A stretch of 64,000 nt of DNA from positions 124,930,001-124,994,000 of the forward strand of contig OX597817.1 of the NCBI GenBank assembly GCA_951406725.2, given 5' to 3'. The stretch is from Octopus vulgaris (lineage: Eukaryota). How positions within the stretch are numbered: the first letter of the stretch is position 1; each line of letters opens with the position of its first letter. The notes under the pieces were generated by a model. It was not told the origin of the DNA. It saw nothing but the letters and a program-made list of their open reading frames with translations, and did not search any database. Shown piece after piece: positions 1-13,752 of this stretch. The translations under genes and the position numbers were made by a program.

Positions 1-93
1 GAAGTATATTGAGTTCTAATACCTTGTTATTTGTATTGCCATGCCTAAGCAAAATATTGAAATATAATACACACACACATGTACATACATACA

Positions 94-151
<58 letters not shown>

Positions 152-713
152 AATGTATATATGCATATATGTACATATGTTAGTGTACATGTTTGTTTGC
201 TTTGAGATAAAGGTAATTCCTCTTTTCCAGAATTCAAGCCTGTGACACAGCTTCTTTGTTTGATACAAAACAATTCCAGGAACATGTCAAAGTATTGGTG
301 TCAGTTAACGTGCTCGTATATGTTGGTGAATATTGAATATACTTCAGCAATATAACAGGTGTATGTGTCACTTCGTTGCGCTTGTGTAGCTTATTGCTGT
401 TTATGTATGTTTGATCACTGTTCATATATGTGTCATAAGCACGTATGGCTAATTTGTATATGTTCCTTCAACGAGTTTCAAATTGTGTACTTTGAAATGT
501 TTAACAAATCTTCACTGTAACACTAATCGATTGAATTTGGAAGATGCAAGTCAGTTTGCTTTATTCCTTTCAGGAAAACCTACTGTTTTCAGAATTTCCT
601 TTAAATCTTTTGTTAAAACAGCCCATTACACATATAATAAATAGCTACAAATAAAAATCTACAGCATGGATACAAAAGTTGTATATTCCTCTCTAATTCC
701 TTGTAGATATTCT

Positions 714-946
714 TATTTCTTTATTGCCCATAGGGAGCTAAACATAGAGGGGACAAACAAGGACAGACAAAAAGATTAAGTCGATTACATCGACCCCAGT
801 GCGTTACTGGTACTTAATTTATCGACCCATAAAGAATGAAAGACAAAGTTGACCTAAGCAGAATTTGAACTCAGAACGTAAAGACAGACGAAATAGCATT
901 AAGCATTTCGCCCAGCATGCTAACATTTCTGCCAGCTCACCACCTT
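714..946 (-). mobile_element. tRNA-derived SINE, family A
   Basis: Minus strand reads AAGGTGGTGAGCTGGCAGAAATG...GAGTTCAAATTC (A/B-box-like head) and ends in a CAATAAAGAAATA tail. Flanked by near-identical TTGTAGATATTCT (target-site duplication). More than 10 similar copies occur in the window. Confidence 0.9.
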
Positions 947-1199
947 AATATCTTTGTAGATATTCTATTATTCCACAACTTTAGCAAGGGTATTCACAAT
1001 TGTTGGGCGGGTGATCCTGCCAACAGAACATGACTTTTGTTTCCGGTACTATAGAAAAATATCAGGTCTATTTCAGTTGTACCAGATTACTGTTCTTATG
1101 GAAATATTCTAATATTCTTCATTTTTCTGGAGTGGATACATATTGGTTCAGTCAACCCTTTGGTGTGAATAGCATTTTAATTAATTTATAAACACTAAG

Positions 1200-1770
1200 T
1201 TTGTTCCCTTACTCATTGCTGACACTCACCTCTCAACTTGATAACTGCATCTCTGGACAAAACGTATGTGGCTCTCATAAGCCATTCACCTACGCTTAGA
1301 TACCACCAGATCACAAAGGAAGGAACCAAGTCAAAGTCCTTCTTTAGTTCAACAAATGAGAGAAACAGTGCTTTTACTTCTAGTTAAGTACTTCTGCAGT
1401 TGTCCTACTGGGAAGATTGCATCTGTAATAATTTTTTCCTTGTAAAAAACAAAATTGCATCTCAGCCTAATCAGTTAAGCTGTAACCATTTCTGCAAATT
1501 TCGTAACCTGGTCTAATAGTAATTTCCTCTCTCTAGTGTATTGTTTGCCCTTCTAACAGTGGATGCTGCTGTCAATAATTATCACATTTGTCTGTACTAT
1601 CTGATTGACTTTGCAAGTGGCTATCATGTACCCAACTCTGCAGTATAAGCATCTCAGCAGTAATTCTTGATGGACTGGGTGCCTTCTTTACCTTTATATC
1701 TAAATTGCTCTATCTCCTCAATCATAATGCTGCCAAATTGAATACCATCTTTCCTATCACTGCATATAGT
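1200..1770 (-). mobile_element. Decayed RTE-clade LINE reverse-transcriptase fragment
   Basis: Manual minus-strand translation across frameshifts gives KAPSPSRITAEML, KLLLDQVTKFAEMV, ITDAIFPVGQLQ and LFLSFVELKKDFDLVP..VIWW..VGEWLMRA. These match the non-LTR RT motifs KAPGPxGI / TxDAIF / FVDLEKAFDRVP. Confidence 0.75.
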
Positions 1771-4444
1771 TTAACCAAAGGCCATAGTGCAAGTGATATG
1801 CCCAGTGAATAAACAGAAAGACAAATACACATTTATATTGTTCATGATTATATACTTGTGTTTGGGTATGTATTTATATATTTCTGTGTATGTGAGGTTA
1901 AGTGTGCATACGTATATATTACATATATGTGTTATGCATACCTGTTTATTTTGCTTAAGTACAAAACGCACTGCTTGTAGTAAGCATTCATCTCATGAGA
2001 AACTCGACAATTATATTTTCAGTACAATTTAGACAGTTTTATAGAACTCAATCATGATTTCAATAATTTGCAAAACATGAATGCACTGCATCAATCATAA
2101 AAATTTTGTTCTTTTGACTGTCAAAATATGAAGAAAAATCATAAATTATATAAGTGCATTGCAGCAAATTTGTTCAATTTAATAAAACTTAAAACTTGTA
2201 TTGTAACACATTTAAATAAATATTGGGCTTTTTTTTATTTTTGCTATATTCATATGTTTAATTAATCACACACACACACGCCTACACATATACACACACA
2301 CACACACATTCGCAAACAATTTGTGCATATATATGAGTGTGTGTTATATGTGTGTGTATATACATATGTACAAATATATATACATGCATACACACATACA
2401 TATGAGTATATATATATATATATATATGTATATATGCATGCATATATGTATATATACACACTCTCACATATACATATATATGCATACACACACTGATATA
2501 CATATACAAAATGAATTTACAGACTCTTCTAATTTCAGTATTTCATTTAATATAATTATTTCTGGTTCAATGTTATAAAAGAATACTCATAATTCTTTCC
2601 ATCTGAAAAACAAAAATTAAATACAAATTTACTTCATTAGGTTAATTTGATTTGTCAACAAAATCAATTCATTTCTATCAGTGGTTTTAATCATTCTTCT
2701 GTCATTTGTTAGTATAATGATGTATTATGGGAGCATAGTGTCTGTGAGGTTAAGGTTCTGGGCTACCAACCAGACTGACTTTTATTAAACCTTATAACTA
2801 TTGGCATTTTATTCTGTTTCTGGTTCTAAATACAAATAAATATGTTGTGCCGCCTAATGGCCTTACATACATCTTTCATTTCTATTTCATATTTTACAGT
2901 CTAACATCATGACATAGTATTTAACAACTGTAGAAAAATAATTACTCTCAAGCCATTGAGGTATTTTTTTTTAAATAACACCAAATTTTTTATCAAAGTA
3001 CATCTTCCCATATTAAAAAAAGGGAATAGTACATTTAATAAATTATTCCAGGATACATTTTGTAATCAAAATCAGATGTTTATTGTTGAAATACTTACTC
3101 TTGTAAGTCTGCTTAATCTCATACTAGCTTTGGGGTGAAGAACATGCTCAAATAATTTCTCTAGTAACATGTAAATGCATGAGAAAACAACTCAGAATCC
3201 TCATGGGTCTAGAGGTCTGAACATGATTTATGTATGCTGTGGCATGCTATAGGGCCCAGGGCATTGAATTGCAGAGGGATGTATAATGCTACTAAAATGG
3301 CTCTGGTTTTTGCTTGTATCAGCAAAAATCTTTGCGCTTGAATTTTCAGATATGTCTGCCATGATACTGTGAAACAGATATAACTCAACAGAACTAAATA
3401 AATACAAATTGTTTAATTATTATGCTACACTACTAAACGTCAGATGACAATCTATATTATGTATGTAAATATACTTAATCTTTCTGTCAGATTTGTTTTC
3501 CAATTAATACCTAAGTCAATGAGACTGGTATAGGTGTGAAGAATGAAAGACATACCATAGGTCACTGAGTGTATGTTACGATTGTAATCAACAAAAGTGC
3601 TATATGACAGTTAGCTTCCAACTAAGCTGAAGGGCAATTATTTTTGTTCTGGGAAATGAATATACAATTGAATCAAACTAAATACATTAATTTTTAACAC
3701 TGGTACAATGACTCACATTTGAGATGGTGAGTAAAATTGATTAAATTAACTCCAGCACTTCACTGTTGCTTTTTTGTTTTTCTTTTCCTTACCTGTTGAA
3801 AGATGAAAGGCAAAACAAACTTTAGTGGCATTTGAGATTAAAACATAAAGAAATGTAACTAACTTATTGCATAGCAATTTGTTTGATTTTGGAGGTGCAC
3901 TTGCCATGCACGTCATTTGATCTGAGATTATCTGCTGAAACTAAAACAATTATAGCATGGAAGACATATATTAAACATATATTAAACCCCACTCAAGAAC
4001 TGTTAACTTTACTTAAACATTTATTATTTGATCTTGAAATTTTCATCATACCAACTGCAACTGAGTCACTGATACGATTTCACTGCGGCAAAATTGCATC
4101 AGTGACCAGATCATAGTTGAGGCAATGTTTAGTTAATGCTTATGGGAAATTAACAGTCTTCGAATCTGCTTGATGTTCTATGAATTCTGCTAAAACAACG
4201 CCTGCTAAAATTTAATTGAGCCCTGTTACTTATTTGCTTGACTCCAGTAGACAGTTGATACTTACCAAATCCTATGAACATCGACAAAGTAGGCCTCAAT
4301 TGAAGACGAAATGTAAAAAAAGTGTAACTAAATAACTCATGGCCTTTTCTCTGCTGCTTTACTGATTCTGTTGATTCATTCGTCAAGGCATAATGTTCTT
4401 CCTAGAATGAGAACAGACCAAATTTTTCCCAGTAAAATAGGAAA

Positions 4445-4820
4445 TCATCATCATTATCATCATCATCATCGTTTAACGTCTGCTTTCCGTGCTAGCATGG
4501 GTTGGGCAGTTTGACCGGGGTCTGGGAAGCCAGGAGGCTGCACTAGGCTCCAGTCTGATCTGGCAGTTTTTCTACAGCTGGATGCCCTTCCTAATGCCAA
4601 CCACTCTGTGAGTGTAGTGGGTGTTTTTTACATAACCACCAGCACAGGGGCCAGAGGAGGCTGGTGCTTTTACGTGTCACCAACACAATGCCAGTCATGT
4701 GGCACTGGCATCTGCCATGTTCGGACAGTGCTTTTTACTAGTCATTGGCATGAGTATCTTAACTACAATTTCCATTTGATTTTTATTTTGATGTTGGTGT
4801 TGATGTACTTTACTCAATAG
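4445..4820 (-). mobile_element. SINE-like repeat, family C, with (GAT)n tail
   Basis: (CAT)n-CGTTTAACGTC...CTACAGCTGGATGCCCTTCCTAA block shared with 12230, 14182, 14708, 17120 and 46383. Confidence 0.85.
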
Positions 4821-5079
4821 GCCTCCCGCTGTTCTTGAGGGAAATGGGAATGTTAAATCAGAAATCAGTGGCTATGTACAAAAAGGATGTATAGAATGAC
4901 ACTATTTTAACTTGCTAGTTCCTTAAAAGGTTGATTAGTGCTTTCTTAGATTGTTGCACAGAAATCATGACGTCACTTATGACTAGAGTTTACAAAAGAA
5001 CACCATCCTTTTGGACAACTCTCAAGAGATTCTCACCAGGAATTTAATCTCTTCAGCAACAATAAATGTCAAGCTAACG

Positions 5080-5315
5080 AGAGAGCTTCTATGTAGCTGT
5101 TTGGCTTGTTAGAAATTGCTGATAAATCACCTTCAAATATATGCCCTAAAATCTTAAAAAAGGATGGACATTGTGCACAATATAATTCTCCAGATATATT
5201 AAAAGACAGGATACTCATGGTTGGAACACTTTTTATCATAGATTTACTCAGTCAAAGTTGAGGTTAAAACCTCAGATCTATTTAATCAAGGTTGACCTGA
5301 GGTTAAACAACAACA
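5080..5315 (+). repeat. Old dispersed repeat, family E (ends GACCTGRGGYTAAACAACAAC)
   Basis: Similar diverged copies at about 7670-7870 (-), 48875-49065, 59950-60150 and 60700-60740. Confidence 0.6.
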
Positions 5316-5480
5316 GTCTTTTAATTTCAGTTGGAATTTGATAGTTGAAATAATAATATGTACAAGTAGGGAATTCTTAAAGACTGATGTTTTAGGGAGT
5401 AAGGACTAAACAAAATGTTTAGTGTGAGATCTGGGGTTGGATACAATTTAAGTCGTGAGAGTTCAAGAGATGAGTGAACT

Positions 5481-5777
5481 TGTTTTGTTTGTTCCTTCTC
5501 AAGCCATAAGGGCCAGTTTCCCAGTTTCCTTGTCATATAGGTTCCCCATCTGGATGGGACGCCGGTCTGTCGCAGGTGAGCTGCAAGATGCAGGAGGAAA
5601 GAGTGAGAGAAAGTTGTGGTGAAAGAGTCAGTAGAAGTTTGCTATTACCTTCTGCCAGAGCCGCGTGGAGCTTAGGAGTTTCGCACATAAACACACACAT
5701 CGCCCGGTCTGAGATTTGAACCCACAATCCCTCGACCGTGAGTCTGCTGCTCTAACCACTAAGCCATGTGCCTCCAC
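5481..5777 (-). mobile_element. tRNA-derived SINE, family D, full length
   Basis: Minus-strand head TGTGGAGGCACATGGCTTAGTGGTTAGAGC...GGTTCAAATCTC (Pol III A and B boxes), AAAC-rich tail, and a perfect 13-bp TSD AGATGAGTGAACT at 5468-5480 and 5778-5790. Confidence 0.9.
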
Positions 5778-6599
5778 AGATGAGTGAACTGGAAATACTC
5801 AAGTCTAACATGTTACAGGGAACAGAGTCCACTGTTGTAGCATTAAATAGGGTACAGAAGGGGTACAACATGTCTGTTGGCCTATGGTTAACGGATTGTG
5901 TTGGTGAGTGGCTTCATGAAAATCAGTTGAATAATCTTCATTATGATGTATGTAGGTGTTTGCTTTGTTTCAGATGTTGGAGCAATTTTGTATTGTGGAT
6001 CTTACATTTACTTTGTAAAGTGTTAGTAATCACTGAGAGCTGGATCATTTTCTCATTTTGAAGATGAGAAACTGTCTCTGAGGTGCTATCTTTGTTATGC
6101 TGTGGAGGAGAGATTATCAGTAATGGTGAGGCCAGCATTTGAAATAAATAATAGGGTTTTTGCAATGTACTGATCACTTTTGTAAGGTAAATGAGAGCTA
6201 ATAAAAGTTTTCGTAATATATATCATGATGTAATGATAATTTTTTCCGCAGCTGAAGAAGACAGGATTGCATGATACCATTAAAGAAGGAATGGTTATCT
6301 ATATTCATTCCTCAAATCTGTGGCTTTGTTTCTTCACGAAAAATTGTTATTCATATAGAACAATAAATTTTGCTGTGATTTATTATTCATTATTAAATCA
6401 AATAAATCTTTAAAATTACTTTGCAAATTGAATAAGATACTATATAAAATCTGGCATGAAATCAATTGCTGATAGGGATTTAAAAAGTGTGTATAGTTTG
6501 TGTCGGGTATTTGGGAAAAAGAGTGAACCATAAATGAAAGATGACCTAATATAATACAATGCAGCATGTATGATAAACCAGCAGCAATGGCACGGCAAA

Positions 6600-7220
6600 T
6601 TCCAATTGAGAGAGGAGAAATAAAAAGCACGCAGTGATCATGGTTTTAACTGCCAACCACAGCAAGCAACACAAAGAAAACTAAGTTCTGGAACATTGCT
6701 GGTTGCACAGGATTTGGAAATTGTTAGAGGCTGATGACAGAGATGTGTTATCTTGGGCTATGATGAAGAAGCACTATCAATAGCCAGACATTATCAGGAT
6801 GACCAATCTCTTCCAGGAAAAGCCACGATATCATCAACAACAATCCAAGCAAATTATTGAGAGTCTCCAGGGAACACTCAAGGTAGCAGAGTCTACTCTC
6901 ATATTTGTGGTACATGAGAATATTAGATATAAGTGGTATGTAATGAGAAGAAGACAGTTCATGCCCAGCAGGTCTTTGGAGAACAGTGTGAAGATGTAAT
7001 CCCCAGCATCCTGTGACCTCCCAGCTCTGCTGATTTGAAACCCTTGATTACTGCTTCTGAAGGAACATTATGTGGAGGTAGAAAAACTGGCTGGTGGTTC
7101 CACAGTTCTAAGAACTCATTAAATAGGAGCACTGTATGGATGAGGCATACCAGAGCATGACATGCAGTTTTTTCATGGATGTTTTCAGTGCCATCATTTA
7201 GACTGAGGTTAATTTTGTTT
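6600..7220 (+). mobile_element. Decayed Tc1/mariner-superfamily transposase relic
   Basis: ORF 6799-6999 contains VVHENIRYKWYVMRRRQFM. About 7014-7050 translates as *PPSSADLKPL, a degenerate WPPxSPDLNPL motif. Confidence 0.65.
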
Positions 7221-7971
7221 CTTTGGTGGATCTAGTTAAATTTATGTAGTTTTACAGGGAGTATGCTGTTTTTCTTGCCTTTTGTTTTCCTTACGTTTTG
7301 ATTTGGCACATCTTGTATACAATATGTATTTCTAGAGAACCAATACATAATGGATCCTGAATAAATAAATATACTGTCTTATATCCACATATATTTGATT
7401 TTACTGTGAAATTAAGCCCACAAGTACCATTGCAATAGAACTAAACTGACCGTTTTAATTTCTATTTCCCAATTCATCAAGATTTGCTTGCCCTTTCAAA
7501 CTGCTAATAATTGTGTAAGGTTACTAATTAAAAAAAACGTAAATGTGTGTTTTGACTGACTATGATTGACACAGCTTGTTTATATGATGATACAAGATTA
7601 ATGCTTGAGTAATAATCACTGTGGCACCAGTACAACATGGGTTATGTGTATATAAATACACAGAATAATGTTGCTGTTTAGCCCCAGGTCAGCCCTGACC
7701 ATGTAAACATCTGATTAGCAGGTATTTTAGTTATGACTATCCTGTATTTCTAATAGACAATATATGTAGGAGCATATTCTCCAAAGAATTATTAAAGTTA
7801 GTAGCTATGATTTGAATGAGACTTGGTAGCTTTATTTCATAGGTTGAGTGACTGCATAAAGGCTTCTCTCATTGGCTAAGTGTATCTACAACTATTTAGT
7901 ATAACTATTGAATTAGGGCAACAAAGTGGTTGAATTGATATTCTTTTGAATAATAAATATAAGACAAAATA

Positions 7972-8171
7972 TTCTTTTCTACTCTAGGCACAAGGCCCGA
8001 AACTTTTGGGAAGGGGTCCAGTCTAATAGATCGACCCCAGTATGCAACTGGTACTTAATTTATCGATCCTGAATGAATGAAAGGGAAATTTGAACTCAGA
8101 ATGTAAAGACAGACGAAATACCGCTAAACATTTCGGCTGGTGTGCTAATGTTTCTGCCAGCTCGTCCCCTT
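7972..8171 (-). mobile_element. SINE family A, alternative-tail subfamily
   Basis: Same head and core as family A but a different 3' end (GCCTTGTGCCTAGAGTAGAAAAG). TSD TATRAGACAAAATAT on both sides. Confidence 0.85.
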
Positions 8172-9832
8172 ATATGAGACAAAATATCGATGTTGATATA
8201 ATACAAAGATCTAAAAACCTTTGAAGTGCCCCAGCATGTCCAAAACCAACCACTTAAGGCAATAATCTAAATGACCATTTTAATGCATAAGGCAGTTTTG
8301 TGATTATAGTGGTAAATCAAGCATGGTATATAGAGAAACTGTGAATTCAAAGATGACTAACATTACTTCTTTGTTGTTTATATTTTGTAATTGTTTGTTG
8401 TTTATTTTTTTCATTTTTGTTTACTTTTTCATACCTGCATGAATAAGATGGTGTGTTTAAGGACACATTTGAAGCCATTCAACGATGATGTTATTGTTAT
8501 GTAATCTGTATAAATGACCATTGCTATGCTGACTGTGAGAATTACCAGTGACCAAGTAGGACCAAGGGAGACAAGGAGTAGGAAACAAAAATGAAATCAT
8601 ATCTTACAAGATCTAGGTTTCATGTATGAAATCATTTCAGATGAGGATCGGTAATATTGTAGGACCTTTACTGGCCAATTTTGATCATGAATTGGCAGAT
8701 GCAGGTGCCTGCTTGGGCATGGTTATTTTTTTTAGGAAGTCTGTCAGTGGTTTATTCATAAAAGTTTCCCTACTTCATATTACTATTATACATCTAAAAA
8801 AAATTGCTGACTCGGGCTGATACAGTTAGGAATCAATGCCATCACAGGTATTGAACTCAAACTCCATAAAGTCAGAACAGACACCACAAGCTACCTCACT
8901 AACCTCCATTGATACAATATCATGTATAAAATTTTAAAAAAACATTAAAAAGTATCCTTATTGGGATTTGAACTCAGCACAAAGAGAGTCAAAGCAAATA
9001 CTGCAAAACATTCTATCTAACACACTAACAGCTCAGCCCATTCACTTCCTTACAATGGCATTAAGCTATACTAAAAACCATTGTAGGAAAATAGGCATTC
9101 AAATGAAGACTACAACAACGAGGATGATGATAGTTGCAACAGTGGTGATGGAATGATGATGGAATGATGATGATGATCATCATCCGCAGCACTATCATAA
9201 GGATGATTGTGTTTTCCTTTGTTTTCTTTTTGTTTTCATGGCAAGATGTATTACATTTAGTAATATTTGTGGTTTCAGATTCTATTCATTGACTGTTTTA
9301 GAACTATTATTATATTATATCAAATATTGGAGGCCTTTTAGTGTAGAGTATGAGGATATTACTGAACGTTAGGTATGGTTCATGATGTTCTTAGGTGTTA
9401 CATGTGAGAAGTTCATTGGTATACTGGTGCAAATCCAAATCTAATTTTCTCAAACCAAGTTTCCATTTCCCAAATACTGATTGTGTCAGATGCGTGATAC
9501 TGTCTGATTGTGAAGCATAAAGGGTCGAAGTTGCAATGGCTTCAAAAGGCTTGTGAAGAGTAAAAAGAAAAAAAAAGAAAAAAATGCATTATTCCATAGC
9601 TAGCTAATCTAAATGTGATTTCAAGTCATCTAAAAAGGTAGATAGAAAAGTCAAAGCACCTAATGCTTCTTATGTGAGAGAAGGTAAAAACAGAGTATAT
9701 GTATGTTCGATGAGAATAAACAAGGAAAATTGAGAAATGTAAATGATTATCAAGATCATAGTACAGTATAGAGAAACTGATATCATAGCATTGGGATTAA
9801 GAGAATAAATTATTTAATAATTTCAATGCCAA

Positions 9833-10240
9833 CCCATTTGAGACTACTTCTATATCTATGATGCAAAACTACAAATGGCAAATTATTCTTATCCAAATGA
9901 AAGAGAAACCTTCCATTGCATAAATTTGTTAGGTTACGTTCAATACACGGGCTTGAAAAAAAAGGAAAGAAAATCTAATTAATTTCATATAAATGCTTGA
10001 TTATTAACAAACTATACTGAAACACTGCAACAAAGCATTAAAAATATTGCTTCTTATTTAGGCTCAAGACCCCTAAATTTGAGAGGACAGGTTAGTTGAT
10101 AACATCACCTCTATTACTTGAAAAGTACTTTATTTTATCAACCACCAAAGGGATAAAAAGCATGATTGCCCTTAATGGGATTTGAACTCAAAATGTGAAG
10201 AATCAGAATACAATGCATTAGAAATATAGTCACAAAAGGG
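9833..10240. mobile_element. piggyBac-type MITE candidate
   Basis: Termini CCCATTTGAGACTA / TAGTCACAAAAGGG are imperfect inverted repeats. The right flank is TTAA and the left is CCAA. It contains a decayed SINE A piece. Confidence 0.5.
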
Positions 10241-10449
10241 TTAACATATAACTAACTATTCATTCATAAGACTAAAATAAAACTAATGTTTTATCTCACT
10301 GGGAAAGGAGTAGTATCCTTTAAAAGATGTCATGAACTTATTTTGTAGTTCTATAAACTCAGATTTCTTCTTGTAACCATTGGTGTGAATCCTTTTTATT
10401 TTATTATGATGTTTTGGGAAAAAAATTTTTGTATTGCAAATAGAAAAAC

Positions 10450-10566
10450 ATGATATGTGTATATGTGTATGTATATATGTGTATATATATTTCCATATAC
10501 ATGTTTATGTAAATATATGCATTATGTACATATGTATATTTGTGTGTGTGTGTGAGTGTTTGTGTG

Positions 10567-10624
<58 letters not shown>

Positions 10625-10902
10625 TATATGCATATATACATATATATAACTATACATACACACACAGACATATATATATAAATAAGTATATATATATGTA
10701 TATGTGTATATATATATGAGTATATATATATGAGTATATATATACATATACATATATACATATATGCATATATATATATATATACGTATATATGTACAAA
10801 CACATACACATATACACACACATACATACATACATACATACATACATACATACATACATACATACATACATACATACATACAGACATACATACAGACATA
10901 CA

Positions 10903-10936
<34 letters not shown>

Positions 10937-11261
10937 CATACATAGAAATATTTACATCAGTTATGTTTCTGCACATTAAATGTTTCAAAACTATTACAGT
11001 GTGATCAAAAATTTATTCCCAACAAAGGTGATGTACTAAAGAATGAAAAAGTAAAAATAAAAAAATAAACAAAATGTTTTTCATGAAAATATAATGCTGA
11101 AAAAACTGAAAATGATATATATAAATATATAATTAAATTATTCATACTCTGTGGAATTGAGAATTTTTTCTTTCATTTGTTACTCACAAACACATACATA
11201 TGCATGTTTGTGTGTGCTTGTGTATGCACACACACATATATATGCATGCATATTATATGTG

Positions 11262-11293
<32 letters not shown>

Positions 11294-11307
11294 TGTATGT
11301 ATGTATG

Positions 11308-11405
<98 letters not shown>
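10450..11405. repeat. Compound microsatellite block (TA)n/(TACA)n/(TG)n
   Basis: Directly visible; it explains the many YI/VCMY ORFs. Confidence 0.95.
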
Positions 11406-11406
<1 letters not shown>

Positions 11407-11493
11407 TGTAAAGTGAAAAATTTATTGAAGAAACAACACAATGCAATAAATAATATATAAGCTTAATGCTTGTGAGGAAAAAAGGATAAAGTG

Positions 11494-11531
11494 TCTGAGA
11501 CGTTTTGGACATTAGTTCTTCTTCTGAAGGA
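11494..11531 (-). ncRNA. Degenerate hammerhead ribozyme relic
   Basis: Minus strand CAGAAGA-A-GAAC-TAAT-GTCC-AAAA-CGTC is three substitutions from CTGAAGA-A-GGAC/GTCC-GAAA-CGTC. It lies downstream of the minus-strand Penelope relic at about 13 kb. Confidence 0.5.
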
Positions 11532-11671
11532 ATAGAAAATGAATGGGGAACAGGGAGTGGGAGTGAGAAAGAAATTATAATAATAATTGTGGGAGAAATG
11601 GAGGTAGGCTAAGATGAAATGTATTATATCAGAGGAGAATAAGTAGTCAGAAAATGATGTGTGGTCAGATA

Positions 11672-11704
<33 letters not shown>

Positions 11705-12229
11705 GTGCCTGTGTATGTGTGCGTGTGCCTGTGTCTGTGTGTGCATGATAGCACACATGTGATAGGGTGCATTTGTGTGGGTTTTTTTGGCTGGGTATAT
11801 GTTTATGGAGCCATGCACTCATGCAAATTGGGAAGTTTGGGTGTTAGCCTTGTGTGAGTAAATTTTGGTGAGTTTTTCAATAGATAGAATGAATATGTGC
11901 ATCAGAGTGTGTGTGTGTGTTAATGCATGTTTCAAAGATACAGTGTACTATAGTACTGTAAGGTTGAATGCATGTTCATTATGAATAATTTTTTTGTATG
12001 TGCAAATGTGTAATTCAAATACAAGTCTAGACCAATGAATGGCATGACTGCCAGCCAAGTACGTGTGAGAGTTTGTTCAGTGTAATGGGAGGGTGATGTA
12101 ATCAGCATTTTAGTTAATGCTAACATAAATAGTGTTTCTGTGCATATGTGTGCATGTGAAGATTTAAAATGCATCTGGAAGGGACAAGTTAAATCCAAAA
12201 GTGTAAAAAGCAAAAACAAGAATACAAAT

Positions 12230-12442
12230 CATCATCATCATCACCATCATCATCATCATCGTTTAATATCTTTTTCCATGGAGTGTACGGTTCAACCGGG
12301 GTCTGGGAAGCCAGGAGGCTGCACCAGGTTCCAGTCTGATCTGGCAGTGTTTCTACAGCTGGATGCCCTTCCTAACACCAACCACTTAGTGAGTGTAGTG
12401 GGTGCTTTTTACATGCCACCAGCACAGGAGCCAGAGGAGGCT
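12230..12442 (-). mobile_element. SINE family C fragment
   Basis: Matches 4445-4660. Confidence 0.85.
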
Positions 12443-12949
12443 GAATAACTATCTGAATAACTAGTAGTAGTAGTGGTGGTGGTGGTGGATGATACTAAAT
12501 AGCTCTAAAAAAAAGAAAGAAAAGGCTTGAACAAAAGGAAGAATGAGTGGCTGAAGAAGTGAGGAGTTTATCAGTATAAATTGAATGAAAGTGTTAGTGC
12601 AGTTATGTGGGTAGTGTATTAGTGTATAGGAAAAAGTATGCTACATGTATATTATTTAAGTGTGGATATTGGCATGTGGGGCGAATACTGGGGAGTGTAA
12701 ATTGGGTTTACTGTGTATGTGTGTAGTATAGTAGTATACTTTTACTGATGTTTTTAAAGAACCATTTATGATTATGAAATCTTCAGTTTGTTTTCTTGCC
12801 ATGTGCATTTAATGCTTTTGCTTTTCTAATTGGTTGGTTTTTATAGAGATGACATCTATCTCAAGAATCGTTGTTTTTATGCTGCAGGATTTGGGTAGTA
12901 TGCATATATTAGAGTTCGTGTATGAGCAGGTGCCATCAGTTTTCTTTGA

Positions 12950-13140
12950 GGATGTGTTTTAATATTATATTCTTCATATTTGTTGTATAACTATAGCTAA
13001 TTACAAGGTTTTGTCTGTTAAAAAGCTATATTTGTCTATAGTGAATTTGGAAGTGGTTTGTTTTTAAGAGCTGGCAAGTCTTTTCGTATAAGAGATTTTA
13101 CACTTAAAGAGAAGGGAAATGCAAACCATACAATATTACT
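12950..13140 (-). mobile_element. Decayed Penelope-like element fragment
   Basis: Minus strand translates as NIVWFAFPFSLSVKSLI and, after a frameshift, FNRQNLVISYSYTTNMKNII. This is homologous to LWFAPCFSLNIRTCIG...IFNRHNLRISFSCAPNVK in the PLE ORF at 62778-63551. Confidence 0.75.
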
Positions 13141-13519
13141 ATACATCCGCTTCACAAATATATTTATGTAAAACACCTACAGACTTACCCCTCTATATCC
13201 AAAACATGCAGTACCCTTGATTTTCCAAAGAACTGCAGCACAATAGAAGATAATTATATTATTATGATAAAGCATTCTAAGAAGATACTATTGTAAAATA
13301 GGAATTCTGTCTTGGTAAAAAACATGACAGAATATTGGTATAAACATGAGATATATGTACTTTCGGAGGGCACTAAATTTGAGTTGTTTTTCCACCAGAT
13401 TTAGGTCATTAAATGGACAATGTATTAGATATAAGTAAAAGCACTTACAGTTATGTCTTACACTACATCATGATAAAATCCTTTTAGTGCACACATTTGA
13501 TTTAATATTTAAACAGTCT

Positions 13520-13752
13520 AGGGTGGCAAGCTGGCAGAATCGTCAGCACATTGGGCAAAATGCTTAGAGGTATTTCGTCTGCCATTACATTCTGAGTTCA
13601 AATTCTGGTGAGGTCAACTTTGCCTTTCATCCTTTCGTGGTCGATTAAATGAGTACCAGTTATGCACTGGGGCTGATGTAATCGACTTAAAACCGTTTGT
13701 CAGTCCTTGTTTGTCACCTCAATGAAAATCTCCCTAAGGGCAATAAAGAAAT
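13520..13752 (+). mobile_element. SINE family A
   Basis: GGGTGGCAAGCTGGCAGAA...GAGTTCAAATTC...CAATAAAGAAATA. Confidence 0.9.

Noticed and set aside
5700-5777. tRNA gene
   Set aside because: It is the tRNA-derived head of a SINE bounded by a TSD; a complete cloverleaf is not supported.
10404-11857. Numerous YIYI/VCMY/HTHT ORFs here and throughout the window
   Set aside because: They are translations of (TA)n, (TACA)n and (CA)n microsatellites, not genes.
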